DNA of 32,000 nt from Pyrolobus fumarii 1A. GTDB lineage: Archaea > Thermoproteota > Thermoprotei_A > Sulfolobales > Pyrodictiaceae. The DNA lies in NCBI RefSeq assembly GCF_000223395.1, contig NC_015931.1, positions 1,170,001-1,202,000 on the forward strand, given 5' to 3'. The notes below the pieces were generated by a model. It had not been told where the DNA came from. It made no database searches and worked only from the letters and a program-made list of their open reading frames with translations. The position numbers and the translations under genes are program-made. Positions 1 through 7,579 of the stretch are shown piece after piece; within the stretch, counting starts at the first letter, position 1, and each line of letters opens with the position of its first letter.

Positions 1-1
1 T

Positions 2-529
2 CCTCTGGGTTATGCCTCGGCTCGCACTCTCGAGGCTATTCTCGAGGCTCTCCTGGCTCTCGAGTATATCCGTGAAGGGTATACGAGGAACGCTGCTGGA
101 AAGGCTTTCCAAGCTTGGAGGGCCTTGACGGCCGCGTTGCTAGTCCTTGAGAAGAGCCGCATCACCAGCTTGTTGGAGAGCAGCGCTGAGAAGAGGTGGT
201 TGACCGAGAGGGCTGTGCCGAGGGTACCGACGAGCAGGCTAAAGAGGCTGGCAATGCTCCTTGAGGAGGTGGGATACAGGTACTATAGCCCCTTGACGGA
301 CAAAGCTCTAGACCTCTACGATTACCAGTACCACGGTCCCGACCCCGACCTAGAGCTCTCGAAGTACCGTAGCCGTGAAGAGGCAGTAAGCGACATCATC
401 TACCTGCTCGAGAGGCTAGTCGAGATCATCAGTGACAGATTGAAGCCGGTGCTAGTCGAGAAGAGAGTCTGGAGTAGCATGCATGAGGAGGCGCTAGAGA
501 CGCTGAGGGAGAGGCTGAAAGGCGTGTAA
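2..529 (+). CDS. PaREP1-family protein, 5' end outside the window
   Basis: The frame is open from the window edge. The translated upstream extension PLGYASARTLEAILEALLALEYIREGYTRNAAGKAFQAWRALTAALLVLEK carries the RNAAGKAFQAW signature I recognise from the PaREP1 (Pyrobaculum aerophilum repeat protein 1) family. The ORF track only shows the part from codon 125. Confidence 0.65.
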   Translation, partial: PLGYASARTLEAILEALLALEYIREGYTRNAAGKAFQAWRALTAALLVLEKSRITSLLESSAEKRWLTERAVPRVPTSRLKRLAMLLEEVGYRYYSPLTDKALDLYDYQYHGPDPDLELSKYRSREEAVSDIIYLLERLVEIISDRLKPVLVEKRVWSSMHEEALETLRERLKGV

Positions 530-670
530 TGGGGCCTCGCCGCATAGTATCGCGCATCCAGGCTCGATCTCGCAGCGAGACAAGTTGCGACTTGGTTAGC
601 CCGCCACCGGTTAATTCTAAGCGCCGCTCACCCCAGCTCTCTAGAGAGTACCCATAGCCAAGGTCAGAGA

Positions 671-1666
671 GTGTATCTACTTGCGAGGGTAATGGGGCAT
701 CTCTCAGTCTGGTGTGACTGCTTGCAAGGGTTACGTATAGTTCCCGTGCTCCACGGGTCTAGTATTGCCACACTTGTGGCCGTAGGAGCATTTGCCTTCA
801 TTCTACTCCTCTTTGTTTTTGCTTCTATTTTTGCTGCTGGTGCTCCTCTACCCGCTGTTGCTTTCATACTGGTCTTTGGCTTGCTCCTAGGCTTGATCAT
901 TATCCACGAGCTTGTTGTGCATAGGCGCTTTGAGAGACTATACTCTCGAGCTGTCGAACTCATAGCCGGGTTTGACGGCTCTGTGTTGAGGTTCTCTAGG
1001 AGCGTCGCTGCCAGGAGGGTTCTGATCGCGTCTAGCGGCTGGTGGGTTAGCACGGGGCGCTCGAGGAGCTACCGTTTCGAGGCTCGCGTGGAGCCCCTTG
1101 GCGAGGTTACTGTTGGCGACTCGTTCCGGGTTGGCGGGTCGTGGGGTGTCGTCGTGGATAAGGATGGTTCTGGTGCTGTTGTCCTGGAGGGTGTTCTACT
1201 CGAGGAGCCCGGGCTTGATGGTGTGGTTATAGCTGTGGTGCCTGCTGTGCCCCCGGTGTTCCGCTACACGAGGCTCGATGCCGTTGACGAGGGCGATGCT
1301 GGGTTTCTGGAGGTTGCTAGTGGAGAGGGGCTACGGGGGCGTCTCGTGCTTGTCTCGAGGTCGAGGGCTAGGGGTGCGAGGGCTGAGCTTCTGGCTAGCC
1401 TCGAGGGGCGCTCCGCTAGGCTCGTGTTGTGCCGGGTGCATGGCACGGGTGAGGCTCGTTTCGAGGAGAGGCTCGCGCCCGGCGAGCACCTGGTTGTGGT
1501 GAGTATCCCTCGCCGCTTCTCCCCCATGGCGTTCGCCGAGGCTACTGGCTTGCGTGTCGGCGGGGTGCTGCCCGCGTACCGTGTGCGGCTGGTGCTCGAC
1601 ATTCCCTTCGCGAGGGACATTGTCGTCGAGAGGGAGTTGCAGGCTAGCGCGGCGAGCCGGGCTTGA
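671..1666 (+). CDS. Hypothetical membrane protein: two N-terminal TM helices plus a soluble Gly/Val/Arg-rich C-terminal part
   Basis: 331-aa ORF with a GTG start. It has hydrophobic stretches ATLVAVGAFAFILLLFVFASIF and AVAFILVFGLLLGLIIIHELVV. I recognise no family motif. The start is uncertain. Confidence 0.4.
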   Translation: MYLLARVMGHLSVWCDCLQGLRIVPVLHGSSIATLVAVGAFAFILLLFVFASIFAAGAPLPAVAFILVFGLLLGLIIIHELVVHRRFERLYSRAVELIAGFDGSVLRFSRSVAARRVLIASSGWWVSTGRSRSYRFEARVEPLGEVTVGDSFRVGGSWGVVVDKDGSGAVVLEGVLLEEPGLDGVVIAVVPAVPPVFRYTRLDAVDEGDAGFLEVASGEGLRGRLVLVSRSRARGARAELLASLEGRSARLVLCRVHGTGEARFEERLAPGEHLVVVSIPRRFSPMAFAEATGLRVGGVLPAYRVRLVLDIPFARDIVVERELQASAASRA

Positions 1667-1741
1667 CGCGACTTTGTGTTTGTTGCCGCGCCTCGCGGGG
1701 TGTTTTAGGAGGGTTGGGCAGACGCGTCCGATGGTGGGCTG

Positions 1742-2713
1742 GTGGTGGGCGAGGAGCTCGGCAGGGCCCTGAGGGAGCTTATCGAGGCTGCCGTGAGGCT
1801 AGAGGAGGTTGCCCGGCGTGTTGGGCCACCCCCGGTGCCGGAAGACACACCGGGTTGGCTTCGCCCTGCTCTTGTGAGGCTCGTGGGGTTGGCTGCTGGG
1901 GGGTCGCCGAGGGTCTCGTTCCTGGGGCCTCGCGGGAGCTTCTCCCACGAGGCTGTCCGTGCGGTCTTTGGCGGCGCTGCCAGGGAGATGCCGGCTCATA
2001 GCATATCCGCGGCGGTCACGATGCTCGTCGAGGGTGTTGTGGATTACGCGGTGGTACCCTACGAGAATAGCATTGAGGGCCCGGTGGGCGAGACGCTGAG
2101 AGCCCTCGCGGAGAGCGCGGATGTCGTGAGGGTCTGGGCGGAGTACGTGCACCCGATCGTGCTGGTGCTCGCGGCTAGGAGCGATGGCGAGGTGCGCAAG
2201 GTGTATGGGCACCCGCATGCGCTGGGAGAGGCGAGGGACTGGCTTGAGCGCAACCTGCCGCACGCTGAGCTGATACCCGTGGCCTCCACAAGCAAGGCGG
2301 CTGAGATGGCTGCGCGCGAGGATGGAGCGGCGGCCGTCTGCTCGAGGCTAGCGGCTGAGCTCTACGGGTTGCGCATAGTGGCCGAGGGGCTAGCAACACG
2401 GCCGAACTTCACACGGTTCCTCGTGCTGCACCACAGGGATAACCCGGAGACGGGCTCGAAGACGAGCATAGTGGCTGCTGTCCGGCACGAACCCGGGAGC
2501 CTCTATAGGCTGCTCGAGGTGTTCGCGGAGAGGAGGATAAACCTCACCATGATCTACTCGTACCCTGTGCCGGGCAGCCCCTGGAGCTACTACTTCTTCA
2601 TAGACATGGAGGGGTCTAGGCGCGACGAGAAGATCCGGGAGGCCCTCGAGGAGGCCGAGAAGAGGGCATTGTGGCTCCGCGTCCTGGGCTCCTACCCCGT
2701 CCTCCACGGGTAG
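1742..2713 (+). CDS. pheA: Prephenate dehydratase with C-terminal ACT domain
   Basis: FLGPRGSFSHEA (GPxGxFS motif), TRFLVL (TRF motif), and an ACT-like KTSIVAAVRHEPGSLYRLLEVFAERRINLTMIYSYP. The first ~45 codons are probably over-extension; in-frame GTG/TTG codons occur around 1874-1889. Confidence 0.85.
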   Translation: MVGEELGRALRELIEAAVRLEEVARRVGPPPVPEDTPGWLRPALVRLVGLAAGGSPRVSFLGPRGSFSHEAVRAVFGGAAREMPAHSISAAVTMLVEGVVDYAVVPYENSIEGPVGETLRALAESADVVRVWAEYVHPIVLVLAARSDGEVRKVYGHPHALGEARDWLERNLPHAELIPVASTSKAAEMAAREDGAAAVCSRLAAELYGLRIVAEGLATRPNFTRFLVLHHRDNPETGSKTSIVAAVRHEPGSLYRLLEVFAERRINLTMIYSYPVPGSPWSYYFFIDMEGSRRDEKIREALEEAEKRALWLRVLGSYPVLHG

Positions 2714-2771
2714 AGGCTCAACCAGGTCGCAACCGTCTATACGCGCCTACCCTCCACGAGTATCGAGCGAG

Positions 2772-3131
2772 GTGCGTTACGCGTTGGGTCGCGCCAAGAG
2801 GGTCCTCCTTGGGCTTCTCGTTCTGCTTGTCGCTGGGTATCTTGGTATGGATCTTGTTGTGAGCCTCCCACCCTTCATCTTCTACGAGAACATCGTGTTG
2901 GCGGTCACGTACGCTGTCTTCGCCGCGATGATCGTGCGTGGTCGTAATGTGTACCCGTGGCTGGCGCTCGTAGCGGGGTTTAACGCGGGTAGAGTCTCGA
3001 GGAGCGTCGTGACATCCCTGGGCGAGCCGGGTAGGCTAGCGCTGCAGCACACACCGCTACTCATCATGCTACTCCTGGTGGGCACCCTGGCAGCCTACTT
3101 GTCGTACAGGCAGGAGCACGGCCAGGGTTAA
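2772..3131 (+). CDS. Small polytopic membrane protein, hypothetical
   Basis: 119 aa with 3-4 hydrophobic helices (LLGLLVLLVAGYLGMDLVV, IVLAVTYAVFAAMIV, LLIMLLLVGTLAAYL). No motif recognised. Confidence 0.45.
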   Translation: MRYALGRAKRVLLGLLVLLVAGYLGMDLVVSLPPFIFYENIVLAVTYAVFAAMIVRGRNVYPWLALVAGFNAGRVSRSVVTSLGEPGRLALQHTPLLIMLLLVGTLAAYLSYRQEHGQG

Positions 3132-3203
3132 CACCCGACGGACACGCGTGACACCGTCTCTAGCCACGTGATTCTCTAGGGGCGTGCTGGGCGTGGCGAC
3201 ACC

Positions 3204-3506
3204 ATGGTTATGGTTGAATGTAAAAGAGGGTTCAGTGTGTATACCCGTGTATACGGTGCTCGTGGTTTGACGAGTTCTGTTGTGAGTGTGAGGGTTCCTG
3301 CGTGGGTGAAGAGGGTTCTTGAGGAGAAGAGGGTGGAGTACCAGAGTGTGGTGCGTGAGGTTCTTACTGGGCTTGCGGAGGCGGCTAGCGGTGAGGCACT
3401 CCAGAGGCTCCGGGAGGCGTTTAGGATAGCTGAGCGCGCGTGGGGCGACTCGAGGCTCTCAACCGATGAGGTTGTAGAGGCTGTGAGGTGTGCACGAAAC
3501 GACTAA
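3204..3506 (+). CDS. vapB: VapB-like antitoxin, ribbon-helix-helix (CopG-like)
   Basis: VSVRVPAWVKRVLEEKRVEYQSVVREVLTGLAEA fits strand-helix-helix. Its stop overlaps the GTG start (3490) of the downstream PIN gene by 17 nt. The true start may be GTG 3282 or 3288, giving ~74 aa. Confidence 0.55.
   Translation: MVMVECKRGFSVYTRVYGARGLTSSVVSVRVPAWVKRVLEEKRVEYQSVVREVLTGLAEAASGEALQRLREAFRIAERAWGDSRLSTDEVVEAVRCARND
3237..3254. promoter_or_regulatory. Tandem GTGTATAC repeat (two GTATAC palindromes 10 nt apart) upstream of vapB; candidate antitoxin operator
   Basis: GTGTATAC occurs at 3237-3244 and 3247-3254. This is downstream of the A/T box TGTAAAAGAG (3219-3228) and upstream of the likely GTG start at 3282. 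Confidence 0.3.
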
Positions 3507-3946
3507 GATAGCTGTTGTTGACTCGTCGCTTGTTGTAGAGGCTCTCGTTCCCAGCGAGCACACAGAGGCCGCTAGGAGGACTCTCGAGGCGCTGGCAACC
3601 ACGGCAGCCATGTTGGCACCGCAACGGTCTCTTCCAGGCGGAGGTCCTCAATGGGCTACGTAAGGCGCTACTCAGAGGCGCTATTAGGAGCATAACACCG
3701 TTACTAGAGGCTCTAGCGAGGCTACCCATAAGGCTGGTAGCAATTGACGACGTGACTTTGAGGCTTGCAGCAGAGGTGATGGTGGCCACCGGCGCTACGG
3801 GGCAAGATGCAGTCTACATAGCGCTGGCTGTGCTCACAAGAGGCGTTCTCTACACGCTGGACTCGGGGCAAGCCTCGGCCGCCGCCAAGCTGCTAGGCAA
3901 GGAACGCGTGGTCTACGTGCCCGGAGAGCACAGAACACAGAGCTAG
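3490..3946 (+). pseudogene. vapC: VapC PIN-domain toxin interrupted by a single +1 frameshift near 3619-3626
   Basis: Frame 1 (GTG 3490, stop 3661-3663) gives MHETTKIAVVDSSLVVEALVPSEHTEAARRTLEALATTAAMLAP. Frame 2 (open 3539-3946) continues NGLFQAEVLNGLRKALL...GATGQDAVYIALAVLTRGVLYTLDSGQ. Together they give a ~151-aa PIN domain with all four acidic residues in the expected order (VVDSS, QAEV, GQDAVY, TLDSG). Confidence 0.6.
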
Positions 3947-4398
3947 TCTCCTGCAACACCACTACGCATCCAGCATTGCAAACAACTAATCCCTCCTCGT
4001 CTACTACAAGCAAAACACGCCCAATGCACGCTGCCTACTAGGGAACTTCACGGTTTTGCGCGTCACTGGTTGCCGGGTATGGGGGAGGGGGTCAGCCCCC
4101 GAGATCACGCGCTCACCCCGCGGCGGGTCACCCTGGTAGCCCACTCATCAGCCCCGGTGGTAGAGTCAAGGCTCGGGCCGCCAAGCTAGTCATCACGCCT
4201 CTCAGCGTAGTTGGCGCTCCTCACCGCCAAGTGCACAACACGCCAAGAGAGGCTATTAAACATGGTTGCAAGGATACAAGCTACATACTCATCCCTATCC
4301 GGGCAAGATTATCCCTCCACTATGATGCGGGTTGTGTGCCGGGGCGCGACTCAATAGAGCGTCTCGTTCCCCGCCTGTAACGCTCGTGTTCGGGATGC

Positions 4399-6408
4399 TC
4401 ATCTTCCTCGGTGTTTGTTCGGCTTGCGTGTCGTCTTCCTGCCCGTGCTGGTTTTCGGCCTCTTTTGGCTCGTTACGCTCTCCTCTAGGAGTCTCACTGC
4501 GTGTGTTGCTAGTTTCCCGCCGGCTGGGCACACGTTGACGCATATGCTGCAGGATCTGCACTTGTTAGTGTCGACGGTGTGCGGCGCTATCATGGCGCCC
4601 GTTGGGCACGATGAGACGCAGACTGCGCATCCTCCGCACGCGCCTATCATGTAGAGTGGTGCTAGTACACGCCGCGCGAAGGCACCGAACTTGTTGGCGT
4701 CGCGCGGCTCGCCGATTATCTCGACGCGCGCGTCGCTATACACCCTGGCCTCTACTCCCAGCTCCTCGTCGGTTATCCTGACGTGGTCTCCTTCCCTACT
4801 CGCCCTGTCCCTGAGCCTCGTGGCGCTAAGCAGCCTCTCGTACGCATCCAGGTCGATGCGGTCGAGCCTCGTGCGGGGGTGTAGGACGCGAGCCACGCGG
4901 CCGTCTGGTGTAGGCTCTATGCTGAGGGTGGCGTAGAGTAGCATGCTCCTGCGCAGCAGCTCCCTGGGGTTAAGCCCGAGGCGCTTTGCGAGCGCCTCTA
5001 TCTCGGCGGGGTATGCGAACCTCCACCTCCAGAAGCCGTACTCCACCCACTCTCGGGGTAGGCTGGCCCTCTTGGCGAACCGGTGGAGTGCAGACTCCCA
5101 CCTCCTCCAGAGCCTCGCGTGCGTATCGCGAACCGCCTCTATCTCGGCGAGGCGCGAGGCCGGGCACAGGTAGCAGCCGACCCTCTCGTAGCCCATGGTG
5201 TATAACGGGTTGAGGGGTAGTCTCTTCCACTGGATGTACATGTGTACCTCGAGGCTGGTCCAGTGTTGTATCGGTGCGGCTACGAGGTCGCCGTGCCGCC
5301 CGGTGGTGGCGCTAGGCGCTAGGCGGCCAGCCTGGGCCCTAGCTGTAGACTCGAAGGCCCTCTGCCCGGTGATCGTGAGGAGGCTTCCCCTCACGTGGGG
5401 CCTTAGACCGCGCTCCAGGGGCCCGAACTTGACGACCTTACAGCACCAGCGGTAGTCGCGAGCAGGCGGCCCGTATATCTCGAGGGCCCTCCAGAACGTG
5501 TCTCCCGCGCTGATCTCGAGAAGCTCTAGGCCGAGCGCATCAGCCACCCTCTCCGCCGTCTCGACCGTCTCCGGGAACTCTATCCCAGTGTCGAAGAAGT
5601 AGCCGCGAGACACTCCAGCCTCAACGGCGATCGCCGCCGCCACAGTACTATCCTTGCCGCCGCTCAGCGCCACCATGGGCTCGCCGCGGTCGAGAACACT
5701 CCTCAGCCACCCTACAGCCTCCTCCTCCAGCGCCTCCAGGTGCTCCACGTTAGCCTCTATAATGTCGTCGAGCGTCGCCCTGCTAGCCTCCCACGACTCC
5801 AAGGCACGCCTCGGCGGAGCATCAAACACCTTCTGGACGCGGACAGCGCCAGTCTCCAGGAGCTTACCAACCCCAAACCTCCTGCCATCGCTAAGCACGA
5901 GAAAGAGGCCAGGCTCACGAGGCTCCTCGTACACCCTGAGATCACTACGCTCTATGACCGAGCCGGGCCTCAGCGGCACCCGAGACCGTGCACGCGGCCC
6001 GAGACCCTCACGGTAGAGGAGCACAGCGCCAAAGTAATCGGGCTTGAATACCCAGCGTCGCCTATACAAGTCGAACATACGCGTCCCGATAGTACGCCCG
6101 CCGACGATAACCTCATCCGCCGCATCAATAGCCTGCACACGGTTAAGCAGGACTAGAGACCCTCCAGGCAACAGCCTCTTCGCGGCCTCACCCCCAAGGC
6201 TATACTCGATAGCCTCGCGGGTAACCTCCACATCGCGCTCAAAAGCCGGGCGTAGATCGCCAGGCTGCGTCAACCGCAGCTTCCAACACACGCCTCTACA
6301 ACCGCCCTTATCGAAGACGGGCACCCCGAGCTCCTCAGACCACCAGACAACCCTCATTATACTACGGAATAGCCTCGTCGCAGCCTCGCCAGTAACCCTC
6401 CTAGCCAC
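4399..6408 (-). CDS. PP-loop ATP pyrophosphatase (PAPS reductase family) fused to an N-terminal domain of unknown function and a C-terminal 2x[4Fe-4S] ferredoxin domain
   Basis: SGGKDS PP-loop at aa 249-254 (nt 5647-5664). TGQRAFES motif. CC (aa 322-323) and CxxC (aa 412-415) pairs as in Fe-S APS reductase/DndC-type enzymes. CGGCAVCVSSCP and CRSCSICVNVCP at aa 591-628. Lys/Arg-rich tail. GTG start. Confidence 0.8.
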   Translation of the reverse strand: MARRVTGEAATRLFRSIMRVVWWSEELGVPVFDKGGCRGVCWKLRLTQPGDLRPAFERDVEVTREAIEYSLGGEAAKRLLPGGSLVLLNRVQAIDAADEVIVGGRTIGTRMFDLYRRRWVFKPDYFGAVLLYREGLGPRARSRVPLRPGSVIERSDLRVYEEPREPGLFLVLSDGRRFGVGKLLETGAVRVQKVFDAPPRRALESWEASRATLDDIIEANVEHLEALEEEAVGWLRSVLDRGEPMVALSGGKDSTVAAAIAVEAGVSRGYFFDTGIEFPETVETAERVADALGLELLEISAGDTFWRALEIYGPPARDYRWCCKVVKFGPLERGLRPHVRGSLLTITGQRAFESTARAQAGRLAPSATTGRHGDLVAAPIQHWTSLEVHMYIQWKRLPLNPLYTMGYERVGCYLCPASRLAEIEAVRDTHARLWRRWESALHRFAKRASLPREWVEYGFWRWRFAYPAEIEALAKRLGLNPRELLRRSMLLYATLSIEPTPDGRVARVLHPRTRLDRIDLDAYERLLSATRLRDRASREGDHVRITDEELGVEARVYSDARVEIIGEPRDANKFGAFARRVLAPLYMIGACGGCAVCVSSCPTGAMIAPHTVDTNKCRSCSICVNVCPAGGKLATHAVRLLEESVTSQKRPKTSTGRKTTRKPNKHRGR

Positions 6409-6607
6409 GACTGGTACAACACCTCATCCATAACACCTTGCAAGCACCAACTACTCCTTTATTCACTACTGTATGAAGCTAGCAAACTCGGCATCAATCA
6501 TAATATTCGGTAATACCATTGTCTTTCAATTAGGCGAGGAAAGAAGCATAGAAGTATGCCATATCGATTATGAAGTGCTACTGTTGTGTTGATATGAAGA
6601 GGGCGAT

Positions 6608-7579
6608 ATGGGTACAAACCAATATACATACGAAGATAGTGCGGTAACTAGCCTTATAGAAGCACTTGGGCATCTACGTGGAGCAGGTATTGTGAGTCAC
6701 GTTAATATTGCATACAAAGGTCAAACTCCTCCGAGAAAGTTAGGAGATGTCATATTAGGAGGCCTTTCACGCATCTTGTTAATTGAGCTCAAAGCACCTA
6801 TAGACGCGCCTTCTCCAACCGCTGGTTGGAAATACATAATAGACAAGACTAAAGTTAGTCTCCTCCACACCATATGTACACACAATTTACAGACCATTTT
6901 AAACACATATGCACTCGGATTTGTACATGCTACTGCTGATATAAATAGCGCTCCTAGCCCAGCCACAGCCGATGCGATAGTTTCTGGATATCTTGCACCA
7001 TTAACAACAGTTATAATTCAAACACGCAAGTGCATGTTGTGCGACATAATCGTAAATGTTGATAAAAGAGCAGACTTGGTGGTAAGGGTAAAAGATGTGT
7101 CAAACGCGCCAAAGAGAAAACTCAATAACATTACAATGTGGCGTATGAAACAACTTGGCCAAGATATCCTAAGAGTCTATGATGCTACAACATTTAGAGT
7201 ATGTTGCAATGGTGATAGAGTGCTGGAAATAACAATAGGCGGCAAGACGTACACTTGTAGGGGGCTCACTTATCTTCAACTCATCAAGTGCTTGGCTAGG
7301 CCAGATCGATGGGAAAAAGGCTGTATACAACAAGGTCCTCCAACTTTGCTCGAGTTTGCCCGCGAACTTGCTGGAATAATTGACGATAATGTGTTAAAGA
7401 ACGTATTAGATAGGTTCGTAGGTGCGGAAAGACAGGTTCTTGTCCTCATATCTAACTCGGGGTACGTAGCTGCTGTAACACCTTCGATGCTTATTCATAT
7501 ACTTCCGCAGTTGCTACGTGAAAAAGAGTATGTAGATCATGCCAGGAGACTTGAAAAGATATTGAGCGGTACAACATAG
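6608..7579 (+). CDS. Orphan protein in a low-GC island; the N-terminal ~90 aa resemble an Hjc-like PD-(D/E)xK nuclease core, and the C-terminal ~230 aa are unknown
   Basis: 323-aa ATG ORF with a GAGGG 5 nt upstream. Motif order is SAVTSLIEAL...GDVIL (D47)...ILLIELK (E60, K62). CxxC at C142/C145 and CC at 199/200. GC is ~40% against 55-65% in the flanks. Confidence 0.6.
   Translation: MGTNQYTYEDSAVTSLIEALGHLRGAGIVSHVNIAYKGQTPPRKLGDVILGGLSRILLIELKAPIDAPSPTAGWKYIIDKTKVSLLHTICTHNLQTILNTYALGFVHATADINSAPSPATADAIVSGYLAPLTTVIIQTRKCMLCDIIVNVDKRADLVVRVKDVSNAPKRKLNNITMWRMKQLGQDILRVYDATTFRVCCNGDRVLEITIGGKTYTCRGLTYLQLIKCLARPDRWEKGCIQQGPPTLLEFARELAGIIDDNVLKNVLDRFVGAERQVLVLISNSGYVAAVTPSMLIHILPQLLREKEYVDHARRLEKILSGTT

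Noticed and set aside
1742-1880. The N-terminal ~45-aa extension of pheA as a possible chorismate mutase domain (P-protein).
   Set aside because: It is too short for an AroQ domain (~90 aa) and lacks its motifs. It is more likely an over-extended ORF, with the real start at an in-frame GTG/TTG near 1874-1889.
4130-4235. TGATGA-like boxes on the minus strand (GCTGATGAG, GTGATGAC), and a D-arm-like AGCG-TAGTTGG-CGCT on the plus strand. These suggested a C/D sRNA or a tRNA in the long convergent spacer.
   Set aside because: The spacers are wrong (20 nt to a TTGA; the D box would be GTGA). No acceptor, anticodon or T arm can be built around the D-arm-like segment. The region is kept only as an unexplained non-coding stretch.
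4042-4380. A 112-codon open frame in the convergent spacer.
   Set aside because: It has no ATG/GTG/TTG until 49 codons before the stop. The translation (GYGGGGQPPRSRAHPAAGHPGSP...) is low-complexity, which is expected by chance at this GC content.
4399-6408. Calling the 669-aa PP-loop protein dndC/sspD, that is, a DNA phosphorothioation system.
   Set aside because: No cysteine desulfurase, DndB/D/E, SspB/C or restriction partners (DndFGH/SspE) are nearby. The domain architecture (N-terminal extra domain plus ferredoxin) differs from what I know of DndC. Only the family-level call is retained.
664-6433. Many 60-190-aa ORFs in the track lie antisense to, or out of frame with, the large genes. 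Examples in this span: 664-1053, 1264-1620, 1663-2001, 1799-2263, 2390-2707, 3421-3789, 4691-4936, 5654-6016, 5740-6156, 6044-6433. Examples elsewhere in the window: 8638-9219, 9659-10039, 16756-17238, 20041-20643, 22491-22841.
   Set aside because: They sit inside well-supported genes on the other strand or frame. They translate to Arg/Ser/Pro/Ala-rich low-complexity sequence and are the expected shadow ORFs of GC-rich DNA. No motif supports any of them.
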